From Dehalococcoidia bacterium (GTDB lineage: Bacteria > Chloroflexota > Dehalococcoidia > Bin125): 64,000 nucleotides of DNA. The notes beneath the pieces are model-generated. The model made no database searches and was not told where the DNA came from. It saw nothing but the letters and a program-made list of their open reading frames with translations. The stretch spans positions 64,001 to 128,000 of the forward strand of contig CAXXRD010000005.1 in the NCBI GenBank assembly GCA_963663895.2. The letters run 5' to 3'. Both the position numbers and the translations under genes were made by a program. This document shows, piece after piece, positions 60,726-64,000 of the stretch (its first letter is position 1; each line of letters starts with the position of its first letter).

Positions 60726-62336
60726 CTAGGCGTGCTGCGGCAGGGCCTTGGCTGCCGTCGGTGCAGGGGCGGAAGCCATCAAGGTGAAGCGCTGGCGGAG
60801 TTCCCGCTCGTATTCACGGACGGCAGCGCGGCGTTGGGTTTCCCCCCAGCCGAGCCGGTCGCCCATGATGGCGGCAACGCGAGCGGCAGCGGCGCGGCCT
60901 TGGTCGTGGGTGAGGCCGACTGCCGTACGGCGCAGGAGGACGTCGCCGATGGTGCGGGCAGCCTCGCGGTCGACCGCGTAGGCGACTTGCGCGCCGATGT
61001 CGGGGTGGACGGGACTGACCGGCTCCGCCAGGTCGGGCTCGGCGGCGGCGAGCCCGGCGACGTCGGCGGCCACAGGCCCGTAGAGCTGCGCGAGGTGATC
61101 GCGTGCGTCGGGGGAGAGGAAGGGCATCCGGACGGGCTCGTGCGCGGGGAGTGCGCGGGGCCGTCCGCTGCGCGGCGGGGCCCCGATGACGCGGCGCGCG
61201 GCTTTTACCACGGCCTCGGCCGTCCGCTCGGCCGTTGCCAGCCTTCCTCCCACGATCGAGAAGAGTCCAGCGACGCCTTCGCGTTTGTGATCGATCAGGT
61301 GGTGGCGGCGCGGGATACCCTTTTCGAGAGCTTCGCGCGGGCGGTAAGGAAGGGGGCGGACGCCGCTGTAGGCGTAGAGAATGCCCGATCGGTCGATGCC
61401 GATCCCCGGTAGCAAGCGCGCGGCTTCGCTCACAAGATATTCGACCTCCCAGTCCTCCGTCGCCGCGGATCGAGGGTCGCCGGCGAATCGCACGTCGGTG
61501 GTGCCCAGAATGTGGTGATCGAGCCAGGGAATTACGAAGATGTGGCGGCCGTCCGCGTGGGCGTTGGCGACGACGGCATGCCCCGGTCCACGGCCCTGCA
61601 GGTCGAGGACGAGATGGGAGCCTTTGGTGGGACCGAGCCGGGGGCGAAGCGGCTCGCCCGTGGCCTTGAGCACTGCGTCGACCCAGGGGCCGGCTGCGTT
61701 GACGATCATGTGCGCGTCGGCGTGGTGGCGGCGGCCGCTGATCACGTCGTGGTAGTCGACCCCGCTGGCGACCCCGTCGTTGACGAGGATGAAGTCGACG
61801 GTGCAGTAGTTGCGGGCGTCCGCTCCCGCTTTGCGGGCCTCGGCGATGTACTCGATGCAAAGACGCTCCGGGATCAGGATCTGCGCATCGTAGTAGAGGT
61901 AGGCGGCCGCGAGGTCCTCCGTGCTGAGAGCGGGTTCGAGGCGCTCCAACTCGCGCCGCGCGAGAGAGCGGTGGCCGGGGGAGACCTTGCGGGGCGAGAT
62001 CAGGTCGTAGAGGTAGAGGCTGCCGCGCACGTACGGCGCGGGACGCGGGTCGTCTTGGTAGACGGGAAAGAGGAACGGAATCGGACGCACGAGATGGGGG
62101 CGTCTGCGGAGCAGCCGCTCCCGCGCTTGCAGCGACTCGTGAACCAAGCGGGCGTTGCCGGCTTGCAGGTAGCGGAGGCCGCCGTGGATCAGCTTGGTCG
62201 AAGCGGCGGTGGTGCCGGAGGCAAAGTCATTCTGCTCGAGCAGGAGGATGCGGTAGCCCTGGCGCGTCAGGGCGGCGGCCGCGGCGCCGCCGTTGATCCC
62301 GCCGCCGATGAGGATGACGTCGTAGTCGGTGGCCAC
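60726..62336 (-). CDS. glpD: FAD-dependent glycerol-3-phosphate dehydrogenase
   Basis: IGGGING, DFASGT...STKLIHGGLRYL, NAAGPWVD, KGSH, GVRPL. Confidence 0.9.
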   Translation of the reverse strand: MATDYDVILIGGGINGGAAAAALTRQGYRILLLEQNDFASGTTAASTKLIHGGLRYLQAGNARLVHESLQARERLLRRRPHLVRPIPFLFPVYQDDPRPAPYVRGSLYLYDLISPRKVSPGHRSLARRELERLEPALSTEDLAAAYLYYDAQILIPERLCIEYIAEARKAGADARNYCTVDFILVNDGVASGVDYHDVISGRRHHADAHMIVNAAGPWVDAVLKATGEPLRPRLGPTKGSHLVLDLQGRGPGHAVVANAHADGRHIFVIPWLDHHILGTTDVRFAGDPRSAATEDWEVEYLVSEAARLLPGIGIDRSGILYAYSGVRPLPYRPREALEKGIPRRHHLIDHKREGVAGLFSIVGGRLATAERTAEAVVKAARRVIGAPPRSGRPRALPAHEPVRMPFLSPDARDHLAQLYGPVAADVAGLAAAEPDLAEPVSPVHPDIGAQVAYAVDREAARTIGDVLLRRTAVGLTHDQGRAAAARVAAIMGDRLGWGETQRRAAVREYERELRQRFTLMASAPAPTAAKALPQHA

Positions 62337-62490
62337 GGGCGATGCGAGGCTCCGCTACCGCGCGAGCAGGCCGGCGTCGATTGATGGGGAACGGACCGGC
62401 CGGAGGGATGGCAAGACTGCACCCTCCGGGGTGGCCGGACGCTTGCGTGAGTGCGGAGCCGGTGAAACCCGGTTGCGCCGGGCGAGCGGG

Positions 62491-62589
62491 CTAGGCCTCG
62501 TCTTCGTCCCCGCCGCGGCGTCCCATGATGATCCTTCCCGCGGCGGCCACGAGGGCGAGGATGGTGCTGAGGAACAGGATTCGCTTCAC
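62491..62589 (-). CDS. Small single-TM protein (32 aa, MKRILFLSTILALVAAAGRIIMGRRGGDEDEA)
   Basis: AAGGAG RBS 6 nt upstream of GTG; hydrophobic core and charged tail; below the ORF-track size cutoff. Confidence 0.55.
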   Translation of the reverse strand: MKRILFLSTILALVAAAGRIIMGRRGGDEDEA

Positions 62590-62730
62590 GTCGCACTCCT
62601 TCGACTGCGGGCCGGAACCAGCCAACCCGGGGTCGTTCTCGCCTCGGCGACCTAGGCCGAGGGCAGACGAATACTAGCATTACGCATGCGCGGCTGGCAG
62701 CCGCTTGAGGATGGCCGGTCTGGCCCGCGA

Positions 62731-63276
62731 TTACTCGGGAAGGGCCACGAGGTCCGGCGGAACGAGAAGGCGGTCGCCCATCTGGACTCGGCGGGCGGCG
62801 AACCAGCCGCGCGTCATCTCCAGGGCGTAGAGATAGGGCCGGCGGGGGGCGACGAGTTCCGTGCTCAGCGCCTCAAGGTGAAGCAACGCGATCAACCGGC
62901 CGTCGGGGGCCAGAAAAGCGATGTCTAGATCCAAGGGAGTGTCGCGGTTCCAGAAGGGTCCAGCGGTTTCCTCGGGGAAGATGAAGAGCATGCCGGCATC
63001 CGGCCCGAGTTCGGCGCGGTGCATGAGCCCGCGCGTGCGGCGCGCGAAGGTATCCGCGATCTCGAGGTCGAGCGTGAAGGAGCGACCGTCGGCGGTTTCG
63101 AGATTGAGGAAGAGGGTGTTGAAGGAGATCGACTCCACGCCCTCTGGGAGAGAAACATCGCGCGGATCGGGCGTGGGAGGGGAGGGCTGGGACCTACAGG
63201 CGCACGCGAGCAGCAGCCCTGCGGAGAGCGCCAGGAGGATCAGGCCGGTCTTGGTCGGGGTGAGCTTCGAGGACAT
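62731..63276 (-). CDS. DUF192 family lipoprotein
   Basis: EIADT...R.RGLMHR, GMLFIF, FWNRDTPLDLDIAF, YALE...G.F. Confidence 0.88.
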   Translation of the reverse strand: MSSKLTPTKTGLILLALSAGLLLACACRSQPSPPTPDPRDVSLPEGVESISFNTLFLNLETADGRSFTLDLEIADTFARRTRGLMHRAELGPDAGMLFIFPEETAGPFWNRDTPLDLDIAFLAPDGRLIALLHLEALSTELVAPRRPYLYALEMTRGWFAARRVQMGDRLLVPPDLVALPE

Positions 63277-63380
63277 GGACCGCATCGCGCTCTAGAGTAT
63301 CGGAAGATGCGGTATCGGAAGAGAAGCCGTGGACAAAGTCGGAGCCGGGCCCCGGCGGCGGGGCACCCTACACTCGTGAT

Positions 63381-63456
63381 GGGCCTGTAGCTCAGGGGTC
63401 AGAGCAGGCGGCTCATAACCGTCCGGTCGCTGGTTCGAATCCAGCCGGGCCCACCA
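63381..63456 (+). tRNA. tRNA-Ile2(CAT) (lysidine type; elongator Met less likely)
   Basis: Acceptor stem GGGCCTG/CGGGCCC, loop CTCATAA, GGTTCGAATCC, CCA; lacks initiator features (paired 1-72, no GGG/CCC anticodon stem). Confidence 0.88.
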
Positions 63457-63907
63457 TCACGTACTGAACTGCGAACTCCTTCGGCGAGCGCCACCTCGGC
63501 GGCGTCCTTGTGCCCGATCGGGCTGTCTTCCGGCATCGGGATCGTGTAGTGGATCACGGCCCGGCCGGGCTCGACGGCGATGCGCTTGATGAAGGTCCGC
63601 AGGAAGGCCTTCGATCGGTGATGTCGCTGCTGCGCAGGAACTCGGCCATATCTGCGACGAACTCGGCCACTACCTCGGCCTTATCCAACAACACGCGACG
63701 CTCGGCGAGGGCGTTCCTCGCCTGCTCGGCCGCAGTCTCCAGCTGCTTCTTGCGCGCCATGTACTCGCGGATGCGCGGCGCGGCGTCGTCCACATCAAGG
63801 TCGGTCTTCTCGATCACCCGCCAGATGCGGTCCAGCATCAGCCGAATCTCGCGCAGCTCGGCCGCAGTCTCCAGCTGCTCGCGCTCCTCGCGGGCCGCGC
63901 CGTCCAT
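63457..63907 (-). pseudogene. C-terminal remnant of a large serine recombinase pointing into the tRNA 3' end
   Basis: Coiled coil, then after a frameshift KAFLRTFIKRIAVEPGRAVIHYTIPMP...VRSSVRDGG; no catalytic N-terminus seen. Confidence 0.65.
63724..63879. repeat. 24-bp exact direct repeat GCTCGGCCGCAGTCTCCAGCTGCT (63724-63747 and 63856-63879)
   Basis: Read directly from the sequence. Confidence 0.85.
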
Positions 63908-64000
63908 CTCCTCAGTTGCACAACTCTTCTACGAGTGTCTGATGCTGTGCGCCTTGCATTCGACGCCAAAGACAACGGCAACACCAGCGGCTAAGCTGGC

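Noticed and set aside
1-64000. CRISPR array, rRNA or intact IS element
   Set aside because: No regularly spaced repeats, rRNA-like sequence or transposase ORF seen

Overview
High-GC bacterial chromosomal window. Gene content (N-terminally extended GreA, four LLM oxidoreductases, DinB proteins, a serine recombinase remnant at a tRNA) suggests aerobic Chloroflexota, probably Dehalococcoidia/SAR202-like; this is inference. In order: an ABC-2 exporter; a caa3-type cytochrome c oxidase operon with ctaG/ctaA/ctaB; citrate synthase; two greA paralogs; rsmG, leuS, coaD, rsmD, lysS, serS; LLM oxidoreductases; mobA; ltaE; a phoB-phoR-pstCAB-phoU cluster with two PHO-box-like repeats; a chlorite dismutase/HemQ-family gene; tRNA-Gly(TCC); an accessory block ending in a three-gene Type III-like restriction-modification locus (Mod with an extended C-terminus, a nuclease-less Res helicase, and a stand-alone TnsA-like nuclease); nfuA plus a CUAEP-tail radical SAM selenoprotein (UGA read-through with a SECIS-like hairpin) facing an ATP-grasp ligase; copA; glpD; tRNA-Ile2(CAT) with a recombinase remnant. 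Most notable: the hidden selenoprotein/ATP-grasp module, the split Type III-like system with a low-GC target-recognition segment and a G8 frameshift, a nuclease-fold protein fused to two oxidase-subunit helix pairs, and a virion-protein-like insertion in CoxII. Many single-base frameshifts after about 28.9 kb are probably sequencing or assembly errors.
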